From an uncultured bacterium (GTDB lineage: Bacteria; Babelota; Babeliae; Babelales; Vermiphilaceae): a stretch of 64,000 nucleotides of DNA. The notes under the pieces are model-generated. The model did not search any database and was not told where the DNA came from. It saw only the letters and a list, made by a program, of their open reading frames with translations. Numbering within the stretch: position 1 is the stretch's first letter; the number at the start of each line of letters is the position of its first letter. The DNA lies in the NCBI GenBank assembly GCA_963695335.1, contig OY968764.1, positions 672,001-736,000 on the forward strand. Direction: 5' to 3'. Of the stretch, positions 18,808 through 28,450 are shown in pieces. The position numbers were made by a program, and so were the translations under genes.

Positions 18808-18855
18808 GCTTTTATCATATGAGGACGAGCGCGAGAAAGGATTGGATTTAAAGTG

Positions 18856-18888
18856 TATGCGGTGAAGAAAATTTTTTTTCACCGCATA
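18856..18888 (-). terminator. Hairpin immediately downstream of topA
   Basis: TATGCGGTGAA...TTCACCGCATA. Confidence 0.6.
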
Positions 18889-18892
18889 TTTA

Positions 18893-21142
18893 TTATTTTG
18901 CAGATGTATAACCGCACTCTTTATTCAAACAAACAAGCGTAGTTTCACCTTCTTTATTTGTTTTTTTAACTAAGAACGGCCACTTACATTTTGGACATTT
19001 CTTTTCTTCGATAGGGTCAAAGATTGCAAATTTACATTTTGGATATCCAGCACAGCCCCAGAATTTGCCGCCCCGCCATGCGCGTTCAATAATTTCATCA
19101 CCACTTTCCGGGCAATGGAACGGTAATGTTTTACGTTCAACGTATTTGCAATCAGGGTACCCTGAGCATGCAACAAAATCACCGTACTTACCTTTAAGTT
19201 GGCGTAACTGTTTGCCGCACGTTGGGCATTGTTTATCAAGCAGTTTTGGTGCTTCATGTTCTTTTAGTTCAATTTTGCCATGTTCGTCACGTGCAAAATT
19301 AGAAGTAAACGTACATTCAGGAAATCCAGTACAACCTAAAAACTCACCAGCTTTGCCAAAACGGATTGCCAATTTATGTTTGCCACATTGTGGGCAGATC
19401 ATATCAATTTCAACCGCTTTTTTGCCACCATCTTTGCCAGCAAACGCTTCTAAATCTTTTTCAAATGTTTCATGGAAACTTCTGAGTAATGTGTCGCGCT
19501 CAAGCTCACCTTCTGCAATTTTATCAAGCTCTTCTTCCATACGTGCAGTGAATTTGGGGCTCATGAGTTCTGGTAAATTTTTAACCAACATTTCTGTTAC
19601 GGTCATACCCAATTCTGTTGGTACAAATTTCTTTTTTTCAAGATTTGTATATGCACGTGCGCGGATAGTATTAAGAACTGCCACGTAGGTACTTGGTCGG
19701 CCAATACCTTCTTTTTCTAACTCTTTAACAAGTGAAGCTTCAGTAAATCGTGCAGGTGGTTGTGTGAAATGTTGCTTAGGATCAATCTTTTTAAGATCAA
19801 CATTGTTTTTTGCTTTAATGTCAGCAGGCAGCGTAACTTTATCTTCTTTTTCGCCTTCTTCCTCTTCTTGATATACAAGTAAGAAGCCATCAAAGATAAG
19901 CGTTGAGCCAGTGACTTTGAATGTATAAATACCACCTTTAATCACTACTTGGCGCTGTGCATATTCAGCCGGTTTCATTTGGCATGCAACAAATCGTTTC
20001 CAAATAAGATCATATAGTTTTGCTTCATCAGCAGGGATATACGGTCTTACTTTGTCAGGTGTAAGGGTAATATTAATTGGTCTAATTGCTTCATGGGCAT
20101 CTTGTGTTTTACCTTTTGATTTTTTTTCAAACATGTTCGCTTTTGCAGGTAAATAATCAGCAGGAAAATTCTTGTTGATATATGAACGTACTTGCGTCAT
20201 TGCCGTATCAGAGATACGTAATGAGTCTGTACGCATATAGGTGATTAATGCCACAGGAGTAGAGGCATCTGTAAGCGGTAAACCTTCATACAGATGTTGC
20301 GCAAGTTGCATTGTTTTTTTAACAGAAAACCCAAGTAAGTTGTATGCTGCTTGTTGCAAGGTACTGGTCATAAATGGAGGCAGTGGATTTCTGGTGCGGG
20401 TTTTATCAGTTATTGAATCGATCGCATAATTTTCATTTTTGAGCGCTTCAATAACCTTTTTTGCCGTTTTTTCATCTTTAATTTCTGCTTTTTCTTTGCC
20501 AATATTAGTGAGCGGTGCAGCAATTGTTGCTTTGTTGTGTGCAAAGTTACCGGTGATACTCCAGTATTCTTCGGGAACAAAGTTGCGGATTGCAGTTTCA
20601 CGATCACAGATCATGCGCAATGCTACTGATTGCACGCGTCCAGCAGAAAGACCTTTTGCTATTTTGCGCCATAAAATAGGAGAAACTTCATAACCTACCC
20701 AGCGGTCTAAAACTCTGCGTGCTTGCTGAGCTTCTACTAATTTTATATTAATTTCACCAGGTTTGTTAATAGCTTCTAAAATGGCAGGTTCGGTAATTTC
20801 GTTAAAAGCGATTCGGTATGTTTTTGTGCCTTTTTTGGCGACTTTATTAATTTCTTGTGCAATGTGCCATCCAATAATTTCCCCCTCACGGTCAGGATCG
20901 GGAGCTATATAAATGGTATCGCAGGTGGATGCTTGTTTACAGATGCCGGCGATAGTTGCTTCTTTACCTTCTAAGGTAACGTATTCAAGGTGGATACCTT
21001 TTTTATCCATGGTGACGCCGATAGATTTTGCAGGAAGATCTTTAATATGCCCCATGGTGGACATGATCACAAAATCTTTGCCGAGAAACTTTGCAATGGT
21101 TTTAATTTTTGCTGGTGACTCAACGATGATTAACTTTTTCAT
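18893..21142 (-). CDS. topA: DNA topoisomerase I with C-terminal zinc ribbons
   Basis: LIIVESPAK, DPDREGE, SAGRVQS, LITYMRTDS, AHEAIRP, C4 repeats. Confidence 0.97.
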   Translation of the reverse strand: MKKLIIVESPAKIKTIAKFLGKDFVIMSTMGHIKDLPAKSIGVTMDKKGIHLEYVTLEGKEATIAGICKQASTCDTIYIAPDPDREGEIIGWHIAQEINKVAKKGTKTYRIAFNEITEPAILEAINKPGEINIKLVEAQQARRVLDRWVGYEVSPILWRKIAKGLSAGRVQSVALRMICDRETAIRNFVPEEYWSITGNFAHNKATIAAPLTNIGKEKAEIKDEKTAKKVIEALKNENYAIDSITDKTRTRNPLPPFMTSTLQQAAYNLLGFSVKKTMQLAQHLYEGLPLTDASTPVALITYMRTDSLRISDTAMTQVRSYINKNFPADYLPAKANMFEKKSKGKTQDAHEAIRPINITLTPDKVRPYIPADEAKLYDLIWKRFVACQMKPAEYAQRQVVIKGGIYTFKVTGSTLIFDGFLLVYQEEEEGEKEDKVTLPADIKAKNNVDLKKIDPKQHFTQPPARFTEASLVKELEKEGIGRPSTYVAVLNTIRARAYTNLEKKKFVPTELGMTVTEMLVKNLPELMSPKFTARMEEELDKIAEGELERDTLLRSFHETFEKDLEAFAGKDGGKKAVEIDMICPQCGKHKLAIRFGKAGEFLGCTGFPECTFTSNFARDEHGKIELKEHEAPKLLDKQCPTCGKQLRQLKGKYGDFVACSGYPDCKYVERKTLPFHCPESGDEIIERAWRGGKFWGCAGYPKCKFAIFDPIEEKKCPKCKWPFLVKKTNKEGETTLVCLNKECGYTSAK

Positions 21143-21415
21143 GAGTATCTTTTTAGGTTTAGCTGATAATTATGTTGTAACATAGTACTCCTTTTCCATT
21201 TTTTTGCATTACTTTATCTATAATAGAGGATCTATTTTCAAAAAGTCAAATAATTATACCCCAGATTTTTAGTTAAAGCTTTAATCCGAGGACTTCTTAA
21301 TAAGAATTAAGAGGAAATTAACTCTCCGGGAGGCGAGATTTCTTGGTGGATTGTTAAAAACCGGACTTTTGTGTAAAATAGATAGCAATAAATCTTTAAA
21401 CTGATCGGGGGTAAA

Positions 21416-21802
21416 ATGTCTGTTAATTATCGTGAAATGCTAGAAAAAGTAAGAGATTTAAAGATTGGCAAAGATGATATGCCGCCATTACGCTACGATG
21501 ATGAAGCAGAGCTGTTTGAAAATCCTGTCATCATTGAGCGTAAACATTTAATTACTATTCTTAAGCGTTTTAAGCAAGAACTTATCTCCCAAGAAGATCT
21601 TTTTGATTGGATTCATTTTGTTTGGTTTTCAGATTTATACACATGCGCGGATGAAGATGCGGAATGTATTTCTGGTGTTATTCAAATATTAGAAGAGTTA
21701 GAAGAAGAGGGCGAAGTGCTACCGGAAGACGTGCAGCATTGTTTGTATGCGCTTGAGCACAATGTGGAAAATCCGCTTCGCTTATTTGACCATTCTTTAT
21801 AA
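21416..21802 (+). CDS. Acidic hypothetical protein
   Basis: 128-aa ORF with GGGGG RBS; no family recognised. Confidence 0.65.
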   Translation: MSVNYREMLEKVRDLKIGKDDMPPLRYDDEAELFENPVIIERKHLITILKRFKQELISQEDLFDWIHFVWFSDLYTCADEDAECISGVIQILEELEEEGEVLPEDVQHCLYALEHNVENPLRLFDHSL

Positions 21803-21806
21803 TTGC

Positions 21807-21931
21807 ACCCTTCGATACATTCTCTTCCGCAAAGCTACAGAGAACACTCAGGGCGAGCGGTGGGAGGTGCAATAAGTTATTTTCTTCCGCTCGTCCTGAG
21901 TGTTTTTGCTTGCAAAAATGTATCGAAGGGT
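21807..21931. repeat. Family A' palindromic repeat (arms carry internal hairpins; B-like insert in left arm)
   Basis: CCCTTCGATACA..CACTCAGGGCGAGCGG...CCGCTCGTCCTGAGTG..TGTATCGAAGGG. Confidence 0.9.
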
Positions 21932-22006
21932 AGCGTATCGGAGAACTTGCTGAAAGAATGAATATTTTATAAGTTAAAGAATAAAAAATAAATTTAGGGA
22001 TAACGC

Positions 22007-22783
22007 ATGACATTACTCCAATCATGGGCAGATTCATTAACATTACTTAAGCCAAAGAACTTACAACTTTTTGTGATGGTGACAATTAAATCAATTATCG
22101 AAGCGTACAAATTATATTTTAAATATTTTTGGTGGTTAATATTGGCAATGCCAATTTTTTTATTTATAGCACCAGACGTTGCAGCAGCTTGGAAAAATAA
22201 TGATGGTAACAGTTTAGCTCACTACGCTACGATAGTTGGTATCGCAGCTTCATTGTATGGATTGCTTTTTTTAGCGGCTTGTTTTGCCACACGCCCTTCT
22301 ATTTTGCAAAAAGATTGTGCTTATTTCCGTACTCAATTCAAAAAAATTATTGTGTACTGGTTTGTGTGGGGGATCTTCAGAGTACTATTGATGAAATACG
22401 CAGTATCATTTGGCAAAACAGCTTTTTACATAGGAAACATATCTTTTAATAAAACAGCTTTTTATGTAGGAAACACCTCTTTATGTGCACCAGAACTTAT
22501 ATTTTTTATTCTCTTTTTTGCTGATTCAGATGGAGGATTAAAAAATATTTTTGTTTCTTTTTGGAACACATTAAAAATGATCGTTTATAATCTTCCTTTG
22601 ATATTTTTGATTAATCTTATTTTTGGTATCTCTTTATTTGTGTTCAGTTATTTTTTTAATATTTCTCCCTTGATGCAAATTATTATTGGAGCGTTTTTGA
22701 TGCCAATTGGTGTGTGCACATACGCCAATATTTATATTAAAAGGTTGCATGATCAATTTGATCTCTATTTTAAGCAGCCATAA
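22007..22783 (+). CDS. Multi-pass membrane protein
   Basis: Several hydrophobic segments; internal FGKTAFYIGN/FNKTAFYVGN duplication. Confidence 0.7.
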   Translation: MTLLQSWADSLTLLKPKNLQLFVMVTIKSIIEAYKLYFKYFWWLILAMPIFLFIAPDVAAAWKNNDGNSLAHYATIVGIAASLYGLLFLAACFATRPSILQKDCAYFRTQFKKIIVYWFVWGIFRVLLMKYAVSFGKTAFYIGNISFNKTAFYVGNTSLCAPELIFFILFFADSDGGLKNIFVSFWNTLKMIVYNLPLIFLINLIFGISLFVFSYFFNISPLMQIIIGAFLMPIGVCTYANIYIKRLHDQFDLYFKQP

Positions 22784-22794
22784 TAGGAAAATGT

Positions 22795-23526
22795 ATGAAA
22801 ATTGGAATGGTTGTACGGAATCTTTTTTCACGTTTTTTACTTGTTGTTATTACGATTGTTTTTCTTATTCCGATTATTATCTTTCTTTGTATTCCAGAAA
22901 AATATCGTTATAAATATCCGATCTTTTTTTATCCTGTACACTGGTTTTACGTTCTTATATTAAAAGGTTCGATGTTGCCAATCACATACAAAGGAGTTGA
23001 TAATATTCCCAAAGATAAGCCAGTTATTTTTGTGGCAAATCATCAATCAGCCTTAGATATTCCTCTGCTTGGTGTATTATCAAAATATGTTCCTCACGTG
23101 TGGCTTGCAAAAGCAGAGTTGATGGATTCTATTTTTATTAGATGGATAATACCATTATTATCGGTGCTTGTTGACGTTGATTCACCAAGAGCAGCAATGC
23201 TTTCGCTGCGTAAAATATTAAATGTAGTGAATAATCATCATCGTAATCTTATGATATTTCCAGAAGGAACTCGGTATACAGACGGTAAGATTCATGAGTT
23301 TCTTGGCGGTTTTGTGATTCTCGCAAAAAAATTAGGACGTCCTGTGGTGCCTGTGTGTATTATTGGTATTAACAAAGCGTATCCACCAGAAACGTTTTGG
23401 GTGCAGTGGTATCCAATTACGGTGATTGTGGGTAAGCCGTTTATGTATGAAGAGAATGATACGGATGAAGCATTTAAAGATAGAGTGCATCAGTGGTTTG
23501 TTGAACAAGTGGAGCAAAATGCGTGA
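22795..23526 (+). CDS. plsC: 1-acyl-sn-glycerol-3-phosphate acyltransferase
   Basis: NHQSALD (HX4D) and FPEGTR. Confidence 0.9.
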   Translation: MKIGMVVRNLFSRFLLVVITIVFLIPIIIFLCIPEKYRYKYPIFFYPVHWFYVLILKGSMLPITYKGVDNIPKDKPVIFVANHQSALDIPLLGVLSKYVPHVWLAKAELMDSIFIRWIIPLLSVLVDVDSPRAAMLSLRKILNVVNNHHRNLMIFPEGTRYTDGKIHEFLGGFVILAKKLGRPVVPVCIIGINKAYPPETFWVQWYPITVIVGKPFMYEENDTDEAFKDRVHQWFVEQVEQNA

Positions 23527-24518
23527 TTAACCATTTTTTTTTACGTTGCGCGTATCCGTTATATACCGCCATTTTGATTGCTGTTATTGTTGCGGTTATG
23601 TTGGCACGTAAATTTTTACACAAAACAGTTGTGTATTGTTATTCATTGGGGCATGCGCTTAAAAAAAGTAGTCGTGCCACGTCTCATATCCATAAAAAAG
23701 TTTTTTATATTCTACGTTTGCTTGTTTTAATTCTTCTTGCGCTGTTGATTGCAAAGCCTCAAGTTGTTGATTCCCGTTCCAAAATTCCTGTGCAAGGTAT
23801 TGATATTGTTTTGGTGCTTGATGTCTCTGGCAGTATGCAGTTTAGAGATTATGAAGATGATAATCGCTCCCGTTTTGACGTTGCAAAATCGGAAGCGATT
23901 CATTTTATTGAAAAGCGTGATAATGATGCGCTTGGTCTTGTTTTGTTTGGTAAAGATACTGTATCGCGTTGTCCCATTACCTTTGATAAGCAGCTGTTAC
24001 AAAATGTGGTTGATGAGCTACAACTTGGCGTTATAGATTCTGATGGCACTATGTTGGTTACGGGCATTGTTACTGCAGCAAACCGTTTAAAACATTCAAA
24101 ATCAAAAACAAAAGTGATGATTGTGTTAACTGATGGCGAACCAAGTGAAGGGGATATGGATCCATCAGTTGGTATTGAAGTTGCACAAAAATTAGGCATA
24201 AAAATATACACCATTGGTATTGGTAGTGAACAGGAACAAATTTTTAGACATCAATTTTATGGTATGATGATTCGCCCAAAAGTGAATAAAGAGTTGTTAA
24301 CGAGTATTGCACAACAAACGGGCGGATCATATTTCTTTGCGCGCAGCGCTGCAGATATGCGCCGCGTGTATGATACCATTGATGCGTTGGAGCGCACAGA
24401 TCATGAAGTTCCACATTTTAGCTTGTATTATGATTTGCTCGTTCCATTTATTGCGGTTATTATGGCGGCTCTTTTTTGTGAGCTATTACTTTCAACATAT
24501 ATATGGTTTTCATTATGA
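23523..24518 (+). CDS. batA: BatA-like VWA membrane protein
   Basis: GIDIVLVLDVSGSM (MIDAS), LTDGE, KIYTIGIG, terminal TM helices. Confidence 0.85.
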   Translation: MINHFFLRCAYPLYTAILIAVIVAVMLARKFLHKTVVYCYSLGHALKKSSRATSHIHKKVFYILRLLVLILLALLIAKPQVVDSRSKIPVQGIDIVLVLDVSGSMQFRDYEDDNRSRFDVAKSEAIHFIEKRDNDALGLVLFGKDTVSRCPITFDKQLLQNVVDELQLGVIDSDGTMLVTGIVTAANRLKHSKSKTKVMIVLTDGEPSEGDMDPSVGIEVAQKLGIKIYTIGIGSEQEQIFRHQFYGMMIRPKVNKELLTSIAQQTGGSYFFARSAADMRRVYDTIDALERTDHEVPHFSLYYDLLVPFIAVIMAALFCELLLSTYIWFSL

Positions 24519-25513
24519 TATATATAACAGATATTCATTGGGCTACACCGAATAATATGTGGACGCTGTTGTTGGCATGTATTGCAGCATTGCTATTATG
24601 TGTGCGCTACAAAAAACAGTTACAAGCGCGATTCGCTTTGGTTGGAGTGCACACACAGTTTCTAAAAAATGTATCACCACAGAAACAGTTATTAAAATCT
24701 GTTTTGCTATCAGTTGGATTTTTATTTTTATGCTTTGCATTATTACGACCGCAGTGGGATAAATCTGAAGAAACGATTGTGCAAGAAGGGCGTGATTTAT
24801 ATATTGCGCTTGATATATCCCGTAGTATGCTTGCTACTGATTGTTCTCCCAATCGCCTGCACTTTGCAAAAGACAAAATTAAGCGCTTAGTAAAAAAGCT
24901 TTCTTGTGAACGTGTTGGGCTTATTCTTTTTTCTGGTTCTGCTTTTGTGCAATGTCCTTTAACATCGGATTATGGAGCATTTTATTTATATCTTGACGCA
25001 GTTGATGCAGAACTTATCTCTTCCGGAACAACTGCGCTTGATCAAGCTATTATACAAGCATTAACCTCGTTTGCATCTGCTCCAGATCGTAAAAGTAAAT
25101 TATTGGCACTGTTCACTGATGGTGAAGATTTTTCTCAGAATTTGAACAGTATAAAACAAGATGCAGCAGAATCTGGGCTTTCTATTTTTACGTTTGGTGT
25201 GGGAACTCCTGAAGGTGCTCCTGTTCCTCTGTTTGATGCTCATGGTAAACTTCTTGGTCATCAGAAAGATGCGCACGGTGGCATTGTTATTTCTCGCCTT
25301 AATGAAGGAATTTTACATTCACTTTCGCAAGATGCTGGTGGTAGATATATTAGATCGGTTGATAATGATGATGATATTGCAACATTTATTCGAGCGGTGC
25401 ATGCTTTTGAAAAAGAACAAATTTCGGAACGTAAGCATTCGCGGTATGAAGATCAATATCATTATTTTTTGCTGGTAAGTTTTATTTGTTTTGCGCTTGA
25501 GTGGTTATTATGA
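24515..25513 (+). CDS. batB: BatB-like VWA protein
   Basis: LLRPQW, LDISRSMLATD.SPNRL, FTDGED; ATGA overlap with batA. Confidence 0.85.
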   Translation: MIYITDIHWATPNNMWTLLLACIAALLLCVRYKKQLQARFALVGVHTQFLKNVSPQKQLLKSVLLSVGFLFLCFALLRPQWDKSEETIVQEGRDLYIALDISRSMLATDCSPNRLHFAKDKIKRLVKKLSCERVGLILFSGSAFVQCPLTSDYGAFYLYLDAVDAELISSGTTALDQAIIQALTSFASAPDRKSKLLALFTDGEDFSQNLNSIKQDAAESGLSIFTFGVGTPEGAPVPLFDAHGKLLGHQKDAHGGIVISRLNEGILHSLSQDAGGRYIRSVDNDDDIATFIRAVHAFEKEQISERKHSRYEDQYHYFLLVSFICFALEWLL

Positions 25514-26796
25514 AATTACATGTATCAAGTATGATGATTACTAAATTTATTAAATCAGTTAGAGCACCTCTCACCGCTCGCCCTGAGTGTTTTACGAAGC
25601 GTAGCGTAGTAAAATGTATCGAAGGGTGCAAAAATCAAAAGTTATTGTTATGTCGCATCCTGCGATACATTTTTGAAGACAAAAACACTCAGGACGAGCG
25701 GAGGGTAAGCAAGTGTATTTTTGTAGTCACCATTTTTATGACATCTTTCTTTACCCATCCTTTCTCCTACGATTCCGCAATTTATAAAGCTCAAAAGGGC
25801 AATTGGCAAGATGCGCACAGTGCATTAAGCAGTATTATTACGGATAATCCTGATAGAGCAGATGTTATGTATGATGCAGGAGTTGCTGCATATAATCTTG
25901 GCAACAAATGTCAGGCAGCAACTTGTTTTGCGCGTGCAGCTGAATGTAGTGCTGATAAAAATATTGCGTTTTGTGCTCATTTTAATGCGGGCAATACATA
26001 TGTTGATGAAAAAGAATTAGAACAAGCGCTTGTAGAATATGATAAAGCGCTTGCAATAGAATCTGATAATGAGTATGCGCGTCATAATCGTGATCGTGTT
26101 GCGCAGATGTTACAAGAGCAGGAAAAACAGCAAGAGAATAAGCAAGATGATCAGCAGCAGAATAAAGATCAAGAAAAAAATGAACAAAACCAGGATGACA
26201 AGCAAGATCAGGATAAGCAGCAAAAAGATAAGCAAGATGGACAGCAAGACAGCCAAGATTCCTCCTCCGCTGAAGCTTCGGCGGACAGGCAAAACCAAAA
26301 GCAAAATGGTAATGATAAAAAAGATGGTCAACAAAACCAAAACGGCAACGACACGCAAAATGAAAAAAACGACTCATCGCAAGATGAATTGTCAAATAAG
26401 CAATCCCAAGGTGATAGCGATCAAAGAGACGCTGCAAACAACAGCAAAGACACACAGCGACAAGAGTATGGGAAGAATAAAAAAGAGCGCCATCAAAATT
26501 CCACCAATGATAAGAAGGGGGATGGTAAAAATGAGTTTGATAAACAATCGCAAGATGCACAAAAAGAGGGCAATGAGCAACAAAGAGATAAACATGGAAC
26601 AACTCCTGGTCAACAAAATATAAGTGATGATAAAGATAATCTATCAGCGCAAGAGGGTCAAGAGCAAGCGATCACTGATCCATGGCTTTTGAGAATTCTG
26701 AATGATCAGGAAATGCTTGATAAGACAGTTAATAAACAGTTAATGGAAGCAAAAATTCGTCAACATGGTGGAAAAAATGGTCAAAATTGTTGGTAA
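25510..26796 (+). CDS. batC: BatC-like TPR protein with Q/D/K/N-rich tail; carries two in-frame palindromic inserts
   Basis: TPRs (YDAGVAAYNLG, HFNAGNTY..ALVEYDKAL), low-complexity tail, terminal W; ATGA overlap with batB. Confidence 0.8.
   Translation: MKLHVSSMMITKFIKSVRAPLTARPECFTKRSVVKCIEGCKNQKLLLCRILRYIFEDKNTQDERRVSKCIFVVTIFMTSFFTHPFSYDSAIYKAQKGNWQDAHSALSSIITDNPDRADVMYDAGVAAYNLGNKCQAATCFARAAECSADKNIAFCAHFNAGNTYVDEKELEQALVEYDKALAIESDNEYARHNRDRVAQMLQEQEKQQENKQDDQQQNKDQEKNEQNQDDKQDQDKQQKDKQDGQQDSQDSSSAEASADRQNQKQNGNDKKDGQQNQNGNDTQNEKNDSSQDELSNKQSQGDSDQRDAANNSKDTQRQEYGKNKKERHQNSTNDKKGDGKNEFDKQSQDAQKEGNEQQRDKHGTTPGQQNISDDKDNLSAQEGQEQAITDPWLLRILNDQEMLDKTVNKQLMEAKIRQHGGKNGQNCW
25574..25701. repeat. 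Family A' palindromic repeat inside the batC reading frame
   Basis: CCGCTCGCCCTGAGTG..GTATCGAAGGG...CGATACATTTTTGAAGACAAAAACACTCAGGACGAGCGG; right arm nearly identical to 30370-30413. Confidence 0.9.
26260..26290 (+). repeat. Family B 31-bp palindromic repeat in frame in batC (SSSAEASADR)
   Basis: TCCTCCTCCGCTGAAGCTTCGGCGGACAGGC; 3 mismatches to the reverse complement of 57545-57575. Confidence 0.85.
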
Positions 26797-28450
26797 ACTT
26801 TTTATAATTTTTCTCTGTTTGATGGGATCTTTTTTACATGCGGGTATTTCTTTGGAAGTTCGTACAGATAATGGCACTCCCAATAGCGTTGTAGTAGGAC
26901 AACCATTTACGCTTGATGTTGTTATTAATGGAGTGTATGGATCAATTCCACAGCCAACAATTCGCGGCATAGAAAAGTTTAATCCACGGCAATGTGGATC
27001 ATATATGAGCAGTGTGAATGGCAAAGCAACAGCGCGTTATTCTTATCAGATTCGTATTGATAAAATTGGATCATATGTGCTGGGGCCGGCAACTATTACA
27101 CATCAGCAACAAGAGTTTGTTTCCAATGAACTGCACGTAGATGTAGTAAAAGATATTGGTGCAGTGCAGACGAATAATAAAAATAGTACAGCTGCAGAGC
27201 CAAAAACATTTTTACGATTGATGGTCAGTTCAGAATCTGTAGTTGTTGGGCAAAAGATACATTGTGTGTTGCGTTTTTATTATCAAGATCCGTCACTTTC
27301 ATTAACAAGTATCGGTTCACCAGAGTTGCCTGGATTTGATGTTAAAGAGAATATTCCGCTAGAACAAGGTTCTGCGCAGGTTGATGGTGTAGAATATCGT
27401 TATGTGCAATGGCAGTGGGAGATGTATCCAACCAAGCCGGGCGAATTTCTTATTCCTGCATATAGTGCTGATTATGAATTGCCGATAAAAGATAATAACC
27501 ATCTTTTTGGTGGTTTTTTTGCGTTCAGCAGAGCTGAGCATAAGCGAGTATACTCAAATGCTGTGAATATTAAAGTTTCTCCACTGCCGCATTCAAAATT
27601 GCCCGTGCATGCAGTTGGGCAGTTTGAACGTTTTTCTGCTGAAATAAAACCGGGAGTGGCAAAAGAAGGTGAAGGAATGGCGTTAACATTAGAAATAGAA
27701 GGTAATGGTAATTTATCATCCATAGCAACACCACTGTTACAGATGCCTGATACGTTAAAATATTATGATTCAAATAGTTCTATTATTGCTCCCAAACATA
27801 GTGATGAATTACCTAAAAAAAGATTTGAATTCATTGTACAGGGTATGAAATCAGGGTATTGCGAAATTCCTGAGCAACTGTTTACCTATTTTGATATTGA
27901 TACTCATCGATATGTAACATTGCGTACTGTACCGCTTGCAGTTTCAATTATGCCGGGAGTAATCAGTGCAAAAAAAGATATTGGTGCACCGTTATTGCCG
28001 ATTGAAGAGTCGGGCGCTATTGCTGCTCATCGGACTATTGCAGATATTAATAGATCAGGGGTGTGGTATGACATACCAGAACGGCGTTCATTGCCATGGT
28101 GGTTGTTTCAGTTGTTGTTATTATTGCCATGTTTTTATCTTGCATATCCTCTTGTGTTAGAGAGAAGCATTGTGCTGACTGGAAACAGTGCGCGATTGGT
28201 ACGATGGCGCGCGTTTAGAAACGCTCATAAACAGCTTGAGCATGCTATTAAAAACAGTGATGATACGCAGCTGTATGCTATTTTTATGCAATTGTTTGCA
28301 GATCTTGATAAGAATGAAGAAGTTTTGCGACAAGATGTTTTTTTTGAACGTATTGTGCACGCAGCATATGGAAAATCAGATAATAAAAATAGTGATGAAT
28401 TATGTGGGATGGCAAAGCAATGGTTAGAGCGCTTAGAAAAAGCTATATAA
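26777..28450 (+). CDS. batD: BatD-like protein
   Basis: Signal peptide, Ig-like segments (VGQPFTL, AVGQF, IEGNGNL), C-terminal TM; operon position. Confidence 0.75.
   Translation: MVKIVGKLFIIFLCLMGSFLHAGISLEVRTDNGTPNSVVVGQPFTLDVVINGVYGSIPQPTIRGIEKFNPRQCGSYMSSVNGKATARYSYQIRIDKIGSYVLGPATITHQQQEFVSNELHVDVVKDIGAVQTNNKNSTAAEPKTFLRLMVSSESVVVGQKIHCVLRFYYQDPSLSLTSIGSPELPGFDVKENIPLEQGSAQVDGVEYRYVQWQWEMYPTKPGEFLIPAYSADYELPIKDNNHLFGGFFAFSRAEHKRVYSNAVNIKVSPLPHSKLPVHAVGQFERFSAEIKPGVAKEGEGMALTLEIEGNGNLSSIATPLLQMPDTLKYYDSNSSIIAPKHSDELPKKRFEFIVQGMKSGYCEIPEQLFTYFDIDTHRYVTLRTVPLAVSIMPGVISAKKDIGAPLLPIEESGAIAAHRTIADINRSGVWYDIPERRSLPWWLFQLLLLLPCFYLAYPLVLERSIVLTGNSARLVRWRAFRNAHKQLEHAIKNSDDTQLYAIFMQLFADLDKNEEVLRQDVFFERIVHAAYGKSDNKNSDELCGMAKQWLERLEKAI

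Larger units (their letters stand above)
17650..18821 (-). mobile_element. IS110-family insertion sequence, ~1.17 kb, CT core at both junctions
   Basis: DEDD transposase, no terminal inverted repeats seen, core (AG on +) at 17648-17649 and 18822-18823, ends match guide segments in the left-end RNA. Confidence 0.9.

Noticed and set aside
21678..22043. Minus-strand ORF; likewise 7823-8134, 17374-17571, 54788-54985 and 54804-55046
   Set aside because: Open frames produced by GC-rich repeats and overlapping real genes; no protein features
25982..26623. Several alternative-frame ORFs in batC
   Set aside because: Artefacts of the low-complexity Q/D/K/N tail
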